DNA from: an uncultured Gemmatimonadaceae bacterium
Lineage (GTDB): Bacteria > Gemmatimonadota > Gemmatimonadetes > Gemmatimonadales > Gemmatimonadaceae
Assembly (NCBI GenBank): GCA_963790305.1
Contig: CAWBOC010000006.1
Span: forward strand, 256,001 to 320,000
Length of the DNA stretch: 64,000 nucleotides
Direction of reading: 5' to 3'
Of this stretch, positions 1 to 9,551 are shown one piece after another (position 1 is the stretch's first letter; every line of letters starts with the position of its first letter). The position numbers were made by a program, and so were the translations under genes. The notes below the pieces were generated by a model. The model worked only from the letters and a program-made list of their open reading frames with translations. It made no database searches and was not told the DNA's origin.

Positions 1-179
1 ATGTCAGGGCGGTCCTTGATTGCCGTGACCACCGCCGGGAGGGTCACGGCGGGCGGGAACATGATGACCGAGCGGTCGGACCGTCGCGCATAACGGGTGA
101 GGAACGTGCGCATGAAGGCTCGTGCATCGCTCGGCCCATGGTTCATCTTCCAGTTGGCGGCGAGCACCGGCTTGCGCAT
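1..179 (-). CDS. tpiA: Triosephosphate isomerase, 5' part only (runs off the window edge)
   Basis: Manual translation MRKPVLAANWKMNHG... contains the TIM NWKM motif; directly follows the pgk stop. Confidence 0.93.
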   Translation of the reverse strand, partial: MRKPVLAANWKMNHGPSDARAFMRTFLTRYARRSDRSVIMFPPAVTLPAVVTAIKDRPD

Positions 180-1394
180 TCATCCCCTCGCGTCGTCGAG
201 CACCGCCACGCCTGGCAGCGTTTTCCCTTCGAGAAACTCCAGCGATGCGCCCCCGCCGGTCGAGACGTGGCTCATCCGATTCTCCAGCCCCAGGTCGGCC
301 ACCGCTGCGGCTGAATCGCCGCCGCCGACGATGGTCGTGGCGCCGGCATCGGTGGCGGCCGCGATCGCCTCAGCCAGACGGCGCGTTCCCTCGTCGAATG
401 GCTTCGTCTCGAAGACGCCCATCGGACCGTTCCAGATCACCGTCCGGGCGCCCGCGATGTCCGCGGCGAAGGTTTGCACGGAGCGTGGCCCGATGTCGAG
501 CATGGCTTGATCGGCAGGAATGGCGTCTCGCGAAACGACGCGTGCCTGCGAGCCCTGCTCGATCGACGGAGCGACAACCGCGTCCTCAGGAAGAACGAGC
601 TTGTCACTCCCGCGATCGAGCAGGTCCTTTGCCATCGACACGCGGTCTTCCTCCACCAGGGATTTTCCGGTCTGCAATCCCATCGCGCGGAAAAACGTGC
701 ACGCCATGGCGCCGCCGATCAGCAGCCGGTCGACCTTCGGAAGAAGCTGCTCGATGACATCGATCTTTCCCGAGATCTTCGCCCCACCCAGCACCGCCAC
801 GAACGGACGCTCGGGATCCGTGAGCGCCCGGCCCAGGTAGCGCAGCTCCTTCTCCATGAGGAAACCGGCGACGGCTGGCTTCAGGTGGTGCGCGACACCT
901 TCCGTTGACGCATGCGCACGATGAGCCGCACCGAAGGCGTCGTTGACGTAGAAGTCACCGAGACGCGCCAGCGCACGGGCCAGTCGCTCGTCGTTGGTCT
1001 CCTCACCGCCAAGGAAGCGCGTGTTCTCGAGCAGCAGGATCTCCCCTTCCGGAAGGGCGTTGGTCGCCTTCAGCGCCTCGTCGGTGTCGGTCGTCTCCAC
1101 GAATCGAACGCGGCACTTCGTGAGCTTCGCGAGATGGCGTGACACCGGCTCGAGGGAATACTTGAGCTCGGGCTTGCCCTTGGGCCGCCCGAGATGCGAG
1201 AGCACGATCACGCGCGCGCCCCGCTCCGCGAGGTACTCGAGGGTGGGGAGCGCAGCGCGAATGCGCGTGTCATCGGAGACATGGGCGTGCTCATCGAGCG
1301 GCACGTTGAAATCGACGCGAACGAGCGCACGCCGGCCGCGAATCGCGGAGTCGGGGAGATCGGCGACCGTCTGTTTGTTGAGTACGGCGAGCAC
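180..1394 (-). CDS. pgk: Phosphoglycerate kinase
   Basis: RVDFNVP, SHLGRPKG, NDAFGAAHRAHAS, STGGGASLEFLEG motifs; likely GTG start at 1394 overlapping the gap stop (the 589-aa ORF is an upstream extension). Confidence 0.97.
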   Translation of the reverse strand: MLAVLNKQTVADLPDSAIRGRRALVRVDFNVPLDEHAHVSDDTRIRAALPTLEYLAERGARVIVLSHLGRPKGKPELKYSLEPVSRHLAKLTKCRVRFVETTDTDEALKATNALPEGEILLLENTRFLGGEETNDERLARALARLGDFYVNDAFGAAHRAHASTEGVAHHLKPAVAGFLMEKELRYLGRALTDPERPFVAVLGGAKISGKIDVIEQLLPKVDRLLIGGAMACTFFRAMGLQTGKSLVEEDRVSMAKDLLDRGSDKLVLPEDAVVAPSIEQGSQARVVSRDAIPADQAMLDIGPRSVQTFAADIAGARTVIWNGPMGVFETKPFDEGTRRLAEAIAAATDAGATTIVGGGDSAAAVADLGLENRMSHVSTGGGASLEFLEGKTLPGVAVLDDARG

Positions 1395-2404
1395 TACTTC
1401 TTCGCCCCCACCATCGCCAGCACGTCGACGCATCTCGACGCGTACCCCCACTCGTTGTCGTACCAGCCGCACACTTTCACGAGGGTTCCATCGATGACGT
1501 TGGTGCTCTTCGCATCGAGCACGCAGGAGAACGGATTGCCGATGAAATCCACCGAGACCAGCTCCACCTCGGTGTAGTCGACGATTCCCTTGAGCGGGCC
1601 GCTCGCCGCCGCGCTCTTGAAGGCGGCGTTGACCTCGTCGATGGTCGTCTGACGCTCCACCTCCACCACGAGATCGACGAACGAGACGTCCGGCGTCGGG
1701 ACACGAATCGCGATGCCGTCGATCTTTCCCTTGACCTCGGGAATGACGAGCGACGTCGCCTTTGCGGCCCCCGTGGTGGTGGGGATCATCGACACGGCAG
1801 CCGCGCGCGCGCGCCGAAGATCCTTGTGCGGAAGATCGAGGATCTGCTGGTCGTTGGTGTAGCTGTGCACGGTAGTCATCGACCCGTGACGAAATCCAAA
1901 GCGATCCCGCACGACCTTCACCATGGGCACGAGGCAGTTCGTCGTGCACGAGGCGTTCGAGATGATGTGATGCTTGGCGGCGTCGTATTTGTCGTGATTC
2001 ACGCCCATGCAGAGGGTGATGTCCTCACCCTTCGCCGGAGCGGAGATGATGACCTTCCTCGCTCCGCCAGCGATATGCGCCTTCGCTTGGTCAGCGTTGG
2101 TGAACCGTCCCGTCGACTCCAGCACGATGTCGACGCCAAGGTCTTTCCACGGGAGCTTGGCCGGATCCTTCTCCGAGAGCACGGCAATCTCGTCACCATC
2201 GATGATCACCGACTTCTCGGTGGCGCGTACGTCGCCGTCGTAGGTGCGATGCACCGAATCGTACTTGAAGAGATGCGCGAGCGTCTTCGTATCGGTCAGG
2301 TCGTTGACGGCGATGAAGTCGAGATCAGCGCCCGTTTCCTTTGCGGCGCGAACAACCTGTCGGCCGATGCGGCCGAATCCATTGATGCCTACACGAATTG
2401 CCAT
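1394..2404 (-). CDS. gap: Type I glyceraldehyde-3-phosphate dehydrogenase
   Basis: [26 protein letters not shown]. Confidence 0.98.
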   Translation of the reverse strand: MAIRVGINGFGRIGRQVVRAAKETGADLDFIAVNDLTDTKTLAHLFKYDSVHRTYDGDVRATEKSVIIDGDEIAVLSEKDPAKLPWKDLGVDIVLESTGRFTNADQAKAHIAGGARKVIISAPAKGEDITLCMGVNHDKYDAAKHHIISNASCTTNCLVPMVKVVRDRFGFRHGSMTTVHSYTNDQQILDLPHKDLRRARAAAVSMIPTTTGAAKATSLVIPEVKGKIDGIAIRVPTPDVSFVDLVVEVERQTTIDEVNAAFKSAAASGPLKGIVDYTEVELVSVDFIGNPFSCVLDAKSTNVIDGTLVKVCGWYDNEWGYASRCVDVLAMVGAKK

Positions 2405-2425
2405 GACGGTGAAACTCCAGTCGAA

Positions 2426-3178
2426 TTAGCGGTCGCCACTCGCGGGCGCCCTGCCGAAGGTTACGAAGCTCACGATGCGCGCGCCGCCCTCGAGCAGCGC
2501 GGAAGCACACTCCACCAGCGTCGCGGCGGTGGTGACTACATCGTCGACGAGCATCACGTGTGCGCCGCGAAGGCGCGCGCGTGTGCCGGCCACCGCACGA
2601 AATGCGCCGGAAACGTTGCGGCGCCTCGCCTCGGGTGTCAACCGCGTTTGCGTTTCAGTTGCTCGCGCCCGTACGAGTACATCTCCCCACACCGGAGTGT
2701 GCCAGTAATGTGAGAGCTCGTGAGCCAGGCGCGCGCTCTGATTGAAACCGCGCTCGCGCTCGCGCGCCCCTGCTAATGGAACGGCTACCAGCGCAGTCCG
2801 TTCCCGCACGACGTCCTCCGGCCACGGCATGCGTGCCATCCGCGCGGCCATCGGTCCAGCGAGGCCATGCCATCCTCCGTACTTGAGCTCGTGCACGAGC
2901 GCCGATCCGCTGCCACGATCGACCCAGCATAGCGAGCGCCCACTGCGCACGAACGCGGGGAGCAGGTCGCACCACGTGCATCGGCGCGGAGCAACCGGGT
3001 GACCGCAGCGATCGCACCGGGGCGCGGGAAGCAGCACGATGCGGTTCCAGCACCGGGCGCAGGCGAGACCGCGGTCCGCTCGATCGTTGAGTCGACCGCA
3101 TACGACGCATGTACAGGGAAGCAGGAGATCCAGCGCAGCCTGCGCCCATCCGCGCCACGCGCCGACCGTGGCAGTCAC
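2426..3178 (-). CDS. comF: ComF family protein (zinc ribbon plus phosphoribosyltransferase domain)
   Basis: CxxC pairs, RGFNQS, LVDDVVTTAAT; GTG start overlaps the aroE stop. Confidence 0.88.
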   Translation of the reverse strand: MTATVGAWRGWAQAALDLLLPCTCVVCGRLNDRADRGLACARCWNRIVLLPAPRCDRCGHPVAPRRCTWCDLLPAFVRSGRSLCWVDRGSGSALVHELKYGGWHGLAGPMAARMARMPWPEDVVRERTALVAVPLAGARERERGFNQSARLAHELSHYWHTPVWGDVLVRARATETQTRLTPEARRRNVSGAFRAVAGTRARLRGAHVMLVDDVVTTAATLVECASALLEGGARIVSFVTFGRAPASGDR

Positions 3179-3999
3179 GGACGCTCCGCCGTCGAGAGTG
3201 CCTCCCGCATGACGTCGCGCGGAGCAGCAATGCCAAACCACCACTCGAAGGCGAGCGCTCCCTGCTCGAGCAGCATGCACAGGCCATCGACGGCGGGGTG
3301 CTTGCGCGCGCGTGCCGCTCTCACCCACGCCGTCTCGCGCGGCCGATAGACGAGATCGAGCACCGTCGCCTGCGGACGAAGGCTCTCGATCGGGACCGGC
3401 AGCGGATCATCATCCCGTAGGCCGAGCGAGGTGGCGTTCACCACAACGGTGGCATCGCGGACGGCGTCGTGGGCCGTTGTCGTCACCGCCTCGACGATAG
3501 GGAAGCGCGCCTGGAGCGCCAAGGCACGCGCCCTCGTTCGGTTGAACAGCGACACAGTCGCCGCACTCCACCGCTCCAGGGCCGCGATCACCGCGGCCGC
3601 GGACCCGCCTGCACCGAGAACCGCGACGCGCGCTCCCGGGCGAAGTGCGCCCACCTCTCTGGCGAGGGCATCGAATCCACCCACGTCGGTGTTCGTCCCT
3701 TCGAGCAGGCCATCGCTGCCGACGCGGAACGTGTTCACGGCGTTGACGCGTTGTGCGATGACGTCGAGGCGCGCGCAGTAACGCACCATCGCTTCCTTGT
3801 GCGGGATCGTGACGTTGCCGGCAGCGCGGACCGCCACGAGGCGTTGGATCACGCCGTCGAGCGCGTCCGGGCGCACGTCGATCGCTGCGTAGGTGATTGG
3901 CAGTCCGGCGTACCGCAGCGCGGCGTTGTGCAACGCGGGGGACAACGAATGCGCTACCGGGTGTCCGACGAGCACGAGACGACCCGGCGCGCGGCTCAC
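3175..3999 (-). CDS. aroE: Shikimate dehydrogenase
   Basis: GHPVAHSLSP, NVTIPHK, NTDVGG, GAGGSA, DLVY motifs. Confidence 0.95.
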   Translation of the reverse strand: MSRAPGRLVLVGHPVAHSLSPALHNAALRYAGLPITYAAIDVRPDALDGVIQRLVAVRAAGNVTIPHKEAMVRYCARLDVIAQRVNAVNTFRVGSDGLLEGTNTDVGGFDALAREVGALRPGARVAVLGAGGSAAAVIAALERWSAATVSLFNRTRARALALQARFPIVEAVTTTAHDAVRDATVVVNATSLGLRDDDPLPVPIESLRPQATVLDLVYRPRETAWVRAARARKHPAVDGLCMLLEQGALAFEWWFGIAAPRDVMREALSTAERP

Positions 4000-4484
4000 G
4001 ATCGTCCCGGTGTGCGCTCCGTCGCGATCCGCTCGATGGCGTGCTGCACTTCGCGATCGAGCTCATCGAACGCGGACCGGTAGTCGTCGAGATCGCCGCC
4101 GAACGGGTCGGTAATGGAGCGATCACTCCGCCCTCTCGACGCGTACGCCGAAAGCAGGTGTGTCTTGCCGGTGCCCCCGAGGGCCTCGATGCGCTCCACG
4201 TGGTGCGGGCCCATGGCGAGTATGAGGTCGCTGCCGCTCACGAGCTCGCGAGTGAGTAACCGGGCGCGGTGGGCTGAAAGATCGACCGACCGCTCCATGG
4301 CGACGAGTAATGCGCCGTCCGACGCGGGAGCGCCATCCCAGGCGGCGGTGCCCGCGCTTCCCACCGAGATCTCGGACAGATGGCGTTCCGCCGCGAATCG
4401 GCGCGCGAGCGCTTCCGCAATCGGGCTGCGGCAGGTGTTGCCGGTGCACACGAACAGCACGCGCATCGCCTCAGGCATCTCCAA
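3996..4484 (-). CDS. Low-molecular-weight protein phosphatase, probably protein-arginine phosphatase (YwlE-like)
   Basis: P-loop VCTGNTCRS and DPFGG motif. Confidence 0.9.
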   Translation of the reverse strand: MEMPEAMRVLFVCTGNTCRSPIAEALARRFAAERHLSEISVGSAGTAAWDGAPASDGALLVAMERSVDLSAHRARLLTRELVSGSDLILAMGPHHVERIEALGGTGKTHLLSAYASRGRSDRSITDPFGGDLDDYRSAFDELDREVQHAIERIATERTPGRS

Positions 4485-5139
4485 TCAGGTCGGGCACGCT
4501 CTCGCGCAATGTAGGTGCGGTGATAGCTCCGGGGCGGATCACTCGCGGGCGCGCGCCGGTGCAATCTACCACCGTGGACGGTGGTGAGGAGGAGAGGCGA
4601 CCACCGTCGAGCACGCGAAGCGTCCCGCGCGCCATGGCCTCTCCCCATTGCGCAACGATCTCGGACGCCGCCATGGCCGCCGGAGAGCCGGGCCGATTCG
4701 CGCTCGTCGATGTCACGGGGCGTCCATATCGCTGGATGAGGTGGGCCATGCCCGAGTGCGAGGTCCAGCGGACGGCCACGCCCCCCTCCGGCCCGCGCAG
4801 CCGGTCCGGCACGCGCCGCTCACCTCCGGGCAGCACCAGAGTCAGCGGCCCAGGCCAGTGTCGCGCGGCGAGGCGCGCCGCGTCACCGGTAAGGCGGAGG
4901 TCGAGCCGCGTCACCATGTCACTGGATGAGATGAGGATGAGAAATGGCTTGCCAGCGGGACGCCCCTTGAGCCTCACGAGGACGTCGACGGCATCATGGT
5001 CGACGGCGCCGCCGAACCCATACACCGTCTCCGTGGGGTATCCGAGGACGCCGCGGTTCTCGAGATGCGCGATCGTGTCGGACACGGCCGCGTCGATCTC
5101 CGCCTGCGACCAGAAGGGGGTCGCGCGCGGACCGGTCAC
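4471..5139 (-). CDS. tsaC: L-threonylcarbamoyladenylate synthase (TsaC/Sua5 YrdC domain)
   Basis: PTETVYG, KGR, WPGPLT, STSAN motifs. Confidence 0.93.
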   Translation of the reverse strand: MTGPRATPFWSQAEIDAAVSDTIAHLENRGVLGYPTETVYGFGGAVDHDAVDVLVRLKGRPAGKPFLILISSSDMVTRLDLRLTGDAARLAARHWPGPLTLVLPGGERRVPDRLRGPEGGVAVRWTSHSGMAHLIQRYGRPVTSTSANRPGSPAAMAASEIVAQWGEAMARGTLRVLDGGRLSSSPPSTVVDCTGARPRVIRPGAITAPTLRESVPDLIGDA

Positions 5140-5831
5140 TTTCCCACTCGGGCCATGGCCTCGACGAGCGCAAAATCGGCCTCCTCGGTCACTTTCACGG
5201 CGCGCTCGCTCCCTTGCACGACGACGACCTCGAACCCATGCACTTCACATAGCGCGGCGCAGTCCGTCGCAAACCGCCCGTTCCGCTGCGCGTGCGCGTA
5301 GGCCTCCTCGATCATCGCGCGGGGAAAGCCCTGTGGTGTTTGCGCGCGCCAGAGCGTTTCGCGCGGAACCGTTCGCACGATGCGTCCGTGCGCGTCGGCC
5401 TCTTTCAGCGTATCCGTCACCGGCAGAGCCGCCACCGCACCGCGGCCCGCGCGCGCCTCGGCGATTACACGGTCGACGACCTCCATCCCCACCATCGGGC
5501 GCGCCGCATCGTGAACGACGACGATGCGCACCTCATCCGGCAGGTCCTCGAGCCCGCGCAACACCGACTCCCCACGCTCGCGTCCGCCCACCGAGACCAG
5601 CAGGCGTTCGATGTCGCTTTGAAAGATCCACGGCGGCGGGTCGGCGGCATACTGCCGCGGCAGTACGCACACCACCATCGCGACATCGCTCCGCTCGTGA
5701 AAGAGCTGGAGCGAATGCAAGAGCATCGGCTTCCCCGCGATCCATCGAAACTGCTTCAACTCGGTGCCGCCCAGCCGCGAGGACGTCCCCGCCGCAACGA
5801 GGACGACCCCGACGTCGGCAGTGGAGGTCAT
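5136..5831 (-). CDS. ispD: 2-C-methyl-D-erythritol 4-phosphate cytidylyltransferase
   Basis: AAGxSSRLG..KQF, VHDAARP, AQTPQGF. Confidence 0.95.
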   Translation of the reverse strand: MTSTADVGVVLVAAGTSSRLGGTELKQFRWIAGKPMLLHSLQLFHERSDVAMVVCVLPRQYAADPPPWIFQSDIERLLVSVGGRERGESVLRGLEDLPDEVRIVVVHDAARPMVGMEVVDRVIAEARAGRGAVAALPVTDTLKEADAHGRIVRTVPRETLWRAQTPQGFPRAMIEEAYAHAQRNGRFATDCAALCEVHGFEVVVVQGSERAVKVTEEADFALVEAMARVGK

Positions 5832-7225
5832 CGCTCGAAAAGATGACGAAAGACATCGCTGATCGTGCGCACGCCGATCGCGTTCACATCCCGCAACCGC
5901 TTCGGCACGCCACGCTCGGCGAGGTACACCGTCGTCAAGCCCATTTTCGCCCCTTCGGCGAGGCGTCGCTCGGACTGTGAGACGGGGCGGATCTCCCCTC
6001 CCAATCCGACTTCGCCCAGAAACAGCGCGTGTGCGGGAAGCGCGCGATCGTACACGCTCGACGCCAGCGCCGCGGCGACGGCGAGGTCGCCAGCCGGCTC
6101 GTGCAGCCTAACGCCGCCGACGACGTTGACGAACACGTCGAGCTGCGCGAAGGGCAGCCCGGCGCGCTTGTCGAGCACGGCCAGCAGCAGCGCGAGGCGC
6201 CGGCTGTCGAATCCGGTCGATACCCGCTGCGGCGTTCCGAATCCCGCCTTCGCGGCGAGCGCCTGGATTTCGACGAGGAGTGGGCGCGTCCCTTCCATGA
6301 GCGCGGTCACCGCGCTTCCGGACGCAACGTGGTCCCGGTCCCCAAGAAACAGCTCGGAGGGATTCTCGATCGGGATGAGACCGGCTTCCGTCATGCGGAA
6401 GACGCCGATCTCGTCCACGCCGCCGAAGCGGTTCTTTGTTGCCCGCAACACGCGATGGTCGAGCGAGCCTTCTCCCTCGAAGTAGAGCACCGTGTCGACG
6501 ATGTGCTCGAGAGTCTTCGGTCCGGCGATGCCGCCGCCCTTGGTCACGTGGCCGACGACGAAGACGGCGGTCCCGCTCTCTTTTGCGAAGCGCATGAGCC
6601 GCGCGGCGCACTCGCGCACCTGGCCTACATTTCCCGGCGCGCCCTCGAGGTCGGCGGTGAAGATGGTCTGGATCGAGTCGACGATCATCACCGCCGGCTC
6701 CATTCCGGCGGCAGTCGCGAGCACCGTCTCGAGCAACGTCTCGGTGAGCAGCTCGACGTCCGCTGCCAGGTGGCCAAGGCGATCGGCGCGGAGCTTCACC
6801 TGGAGCGGCGATTCCTCGCCGGAGACATAGAGCACGCGCTGCCCGCTGGCCTGCACGGCGCCCGCGACCTGCAGCAGCAGCGTCGACTTTCCGATTCCCG
6901 GCTCGCCCCCGATGAGAATCATCGATCCGGGAACGATGCCGCCGCCGAGGACGAAATCGAACTCGTTGATGGCGGTGCGGAGACGGCGTTCCTCGGAGCC
7001 TCGCACGTCGCGGAGCCTGGCCGTCGCGACCACGCTCCCCCCGACGCCTAACGCCGCCGCTCCCGCCTGCCGTCGCGCAGCCCCAGCCTTCCCCGCCGGA
7101 AGTCGCGCCGCCGCTTCCTCGACGAGGGTGTTCCACTCACCGCACACGTCACACCGCCCGGCCCATTTCGGGTGCTCGGCGCCGCATTCCGTGCAGCGGT
7201 AGACCGTTTTGACCTTCGCACTCAC
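5828..7225 (-). CDS. radA: DNA repair protein RadA/Sms
   Basis: N-terminal C4 zinc finger, GEPGIGKSTL, KNRFG. Confidence 0.97.
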   Translation of the reverse strand: MSAKVKTVYRCTECGAEHPKWAGRCDVCGEWNTLVEEAAARLPAGKAGAARRQAGAAALGVGGSVVATARLRDVRGSEERRLRTAINEFDFVLGGGIVPGSMILIGGEPGIGKSTLLLQVAGAVQASGQRVLYVSGEESPLQVKLRADRLGHLAADVELLTETLLETVLATAAGMEPAVMIVDSIQTIFTADLEGAPGNVGQVRECAARLMRFAKESGTAVFVVGHVTKGGGIAGPKTLEHIVDTVLYFEGEGSLDHRVLRATKNRFGGVDEIGVFRMTEAGLIPIENPSELFLGDRDHVASGSAVTALMEGTRPLLVEIQALAAKAGFGTPQRVSTGFDSRRLALLLAVLDKRAGLPFAQLDVFVNVVGGVRLHEPAGDLAVAAALASSVYDRALPAHALFLGEVGLGGEIRPVSQSERRLAEGAKMGLTTVYLAERGVPKRLRDVNAIGVRTISDVFRHLFER

Positions 7226-8616
7226 TGGGCTTGTGCGCGCGCGCTGTAGTTCTCGAAGCGAGTGTACGCCTTATGAAAGAACAGGTTCACGATCCCGGTG
7301 GGCCCGTTGCGCTGCTTGCCGACGATCACCTCGGCGCGTCCCTCGAGCGAGTTGCCGTCCTTGTCGGTGGGGCCCTCGTACATCTCCTGCCGGTAGATGA
7401 ACATCACGAGATCGGCGTCCTGCTCGATGGCGCCCGATTCGCGCAGGTCCGAGAGCTGCGGGCGCTTGTCCGTGCGCTGTTCCGTCGCACGCGAGAGCTG
7501 CGACAGCGCGACAACGGGCACGGCCAGCTCCTTGGCCAGTGCCTTGAGCGATCGAGAGATCTGGCTGATCTCCTGCGTGCGATTCTCGGCGTCTGACGTG
7601 CTCTGAATGAGCTGCAGATAGTCGACGACGACGAGCCCGATGTTCGCATCGGCGCGAAGCCTGCGCGCCGCAGACCGCATCTCGAGCAGCGTGATGCCGG
7701 GGCTGTCGTCGATGAAGATGGGCGCCTGCGCGAGAATGCCGGCCGCGCGGGCAAGGCGCGGGAAATCATCGTCGCGGAGCATTCCCTTGCGAAGCTTCTG
7801 CGCGTCGACGCGCGCCTCCCCCGTGAGCATGCGCTGCACGAGAGACTCCTTACTCATCTCCAGCGAGAAGAGCGCAACCGGAACGTTGTGCTCGATAGCC
7901 GCGTGTTGCGCGATGTTCAGGATGAAGGCGGTCTTCCCCATCGAGGGACGGGCGGCGACGACAATCAGGTCGGACGGCTGGAACCCCGACGTCAGCTCAT
8001 CGAGATCGTTGAACCCGCTCGGCACGCCGGTGATCGATTTGCCACCGCGCTGGAGGGCCTCGATGCGCTCCATCGTCGGCCACAGGAGCTCCTTGATGCG
8101 CGTGAATCCTTCGCGCCCACGCTGCTGGCTGATCTCGAAGATTCGCGATTCGGCATGATCGAGCAGCTCGCCCGCCGTCTGTCGAGCATCGAAGGCCTCG
8201 GCGACGATCTCCGTGGAGGCCTCGATGAGGCGACGCAGCAGTGCCTTTTCGCGAACGATCTTGGCGTGATACTCGACGTTCGCCGCCGTCGGAACCGCGT
8301 CGACGAGGAATCCGACGTAGTCCTTTCCGCCGCTCGCGTCGAGCTCCCCGCGCCGTTGCAACTCATCGGACAGCGTGAGCGGATCGACGACGTCGCCACG
8401 CTCGGAGATCGCGACCATCGCGCGAAAGATGCGCCGGTGCCCCTCGCGATAGAACATCGTGTCGTCCACGTGCTCGGTCGCGCGCAGGATGGCATCCTGA
8501 TCGATGAGCATGGCCGCGAGCACCGCTTGCTCGGCATCCTCCGACCAGGGAGGACGCCGATCGCGGTACGCGTCACGCGGCGATTGAATCGAGTATTCGA
8601 CGGACGAGCTTGACAT
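7222..8616 (-). CDS. dnaB: Replicative DNA helicase
   Basis: AARPSMGKT, VDYLQL, SDLRESGAIEQDAD, KQRNGPTG; no intein. Confidence 0.98.
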   Translation of the reverse strand: MSSSSVEYSIQSPRDAYRDRRPPWSEDAEQAVLAAMLIDQDAILRATEHVDDTMFYREGHRRIFRAMVAISERGDVVDPLTLSDELQRRGELDASGGKDYVGFLVDAVPTAANVEYHAKIVREKALLRRLIEASTEIVAEAFDARQTAGELLDHAESRIFEISQQRGREGFTRIKELLWPTMERIEALQRGGKSITGVPSGFNDLDELTSGFQPSDLIVVAARPSMGKTAFILNIAQHAAIEHNVPVALFSLEMSKESLVQRMLTGEARVDAQKLRKGMLRDDDFPRLARAAGILAQAPIFIDDSPGITLLEMRSAARRLRADANIGLVVVDYLQLIQSTSDAENRTQEISQISRSLKALAKELAVPVVALSQLSRATEQRTDKRPQLSDLRESGAIEQDADLVMFIYRQEMYEGPTDKDGNSLEGRAEVIVGKQRNGPTGIVNLFFHKAYTRFENYSARAQAQ

Positions 8617-9551
8617 CTTCCCAGGTGGGCTTCTTCCAGCCAGGGTTGCGTAAGAGGGCCGCCGGATGGTAGGTGGCGATGAGGGGCGTGCCGTGAAACC
8701 AGTGCAACGCGCCGCGCAGCTTGCCGATCGCGACTTTCGTGTCGAGCAGCGTCTGTGCGGCGAACGTCCCGAGGGCGAGGATGACCTTGGGACGGATCAG
8801 CTCCACCTGCCGCAACAGGTAGGGACTGCACGCGGTGATCTCGTCGGGGGTCGGGTTTCGATTCCCCGGCGGGCGGTGCTTCATCACGTTCGCGATGAAG
8901 ACCTCCTCCCGGCTCAAGTTAATGGCCCGGAGGATATCCGTCAGGAGTTTGCCGGCTTGACCGACGAAGGGACGTCCCGTCTCGTCCTCGGTGGCTCCTG
9001 GCGCTTCACCGATGCACATGAGCTCGGCCGTCGGACTTCCCTCTCCGGGCACCGGATTGATTGCCGTCGCGTACAGCGGGCAACGCGTACATGTCCGGAC
9101 CATCCCGGCGATATCGTCGAGGGTTGACGCACGTCCAATCGGTCCGCCAAAGAGCTCGGCCTCTCCACCGCCGACGACGAGACCCGCCGGGGCGAGGGTC
9201 GAGAGTTTTCTCGAGGGCGCTAGAGGCGCTAGAGGCGCTAGAGGCGCTAGAGGCGCTGGAGGCGCTGGAGGCGCTGGAGGCGCTGGACGCTGGCGGTCGA
9301 CGGGGCGCATCCGCTGGCGGCACGCGCCCAAGTGGAGCCGCGACGCCCGCGTCGACATCGAGGAGAGCTCTTCGCCAATCGCCCGGCGGTGACGACGGCG
9401 GCTCCCGGGGCACCCGCGCCGGCCCGCGCTTGCCCTGTGCGCCGACGATCCTCAGCACCTCGTCCACGGTGAGCTTGTCGAGCACCAGCTCGGACTCACC
9501 CATTTCCCGACGCTGCTCGAGATAGCGCCGAAACAGCTCCTCAACGTTCAC
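8573..9551 (-). CDS. Family 4 uracil-DNA glycosylase with low-complexity N-terminal extension; one frameshift (~9190-9360), probably a sequencing error
   Basis: C-terminal frame has CTRC, GEAPG, GRPFVG, YHPAALLRNP; N-terminal frame (GTG 9551, VNVEELFRRYLEQRREMGESE) couples to coaBC. Confidence 0.85.
9216..9287. repeat. 9-bp tandem repeat, (GGCGCTAGA)4(GGCGCTGGA)4, inside the UDG linker
   Basis: Read directly from the sequence. Confidence 0.95.

Noticed and set aside
180..1949. 589-aa PGK with long N-terminal extension
   Set aside because: The extension is an alternative frame of gap; PGK homology starts near 1394.
4310..5980. Long antisense or alternate-frame ORFs (this one, also 18707-20278, 29467-31044, 51809-53323 and others)
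   Set aside because: They shadow well-supported genes, lack recognisable motifs, and are expected from stop-codon scarcity at high GC.
8573..8616. 44-nt overlap between the UDG end and the dnaB start
   Set aside because: A modest same-strand overlap in a compact operon, and the dnaB start is not certain.
9216..9287. Short repeats as a possible CRISPR array
   Set aside because: Units are 7-9 bp, contiguous and without spacers, and no cas genes are present.
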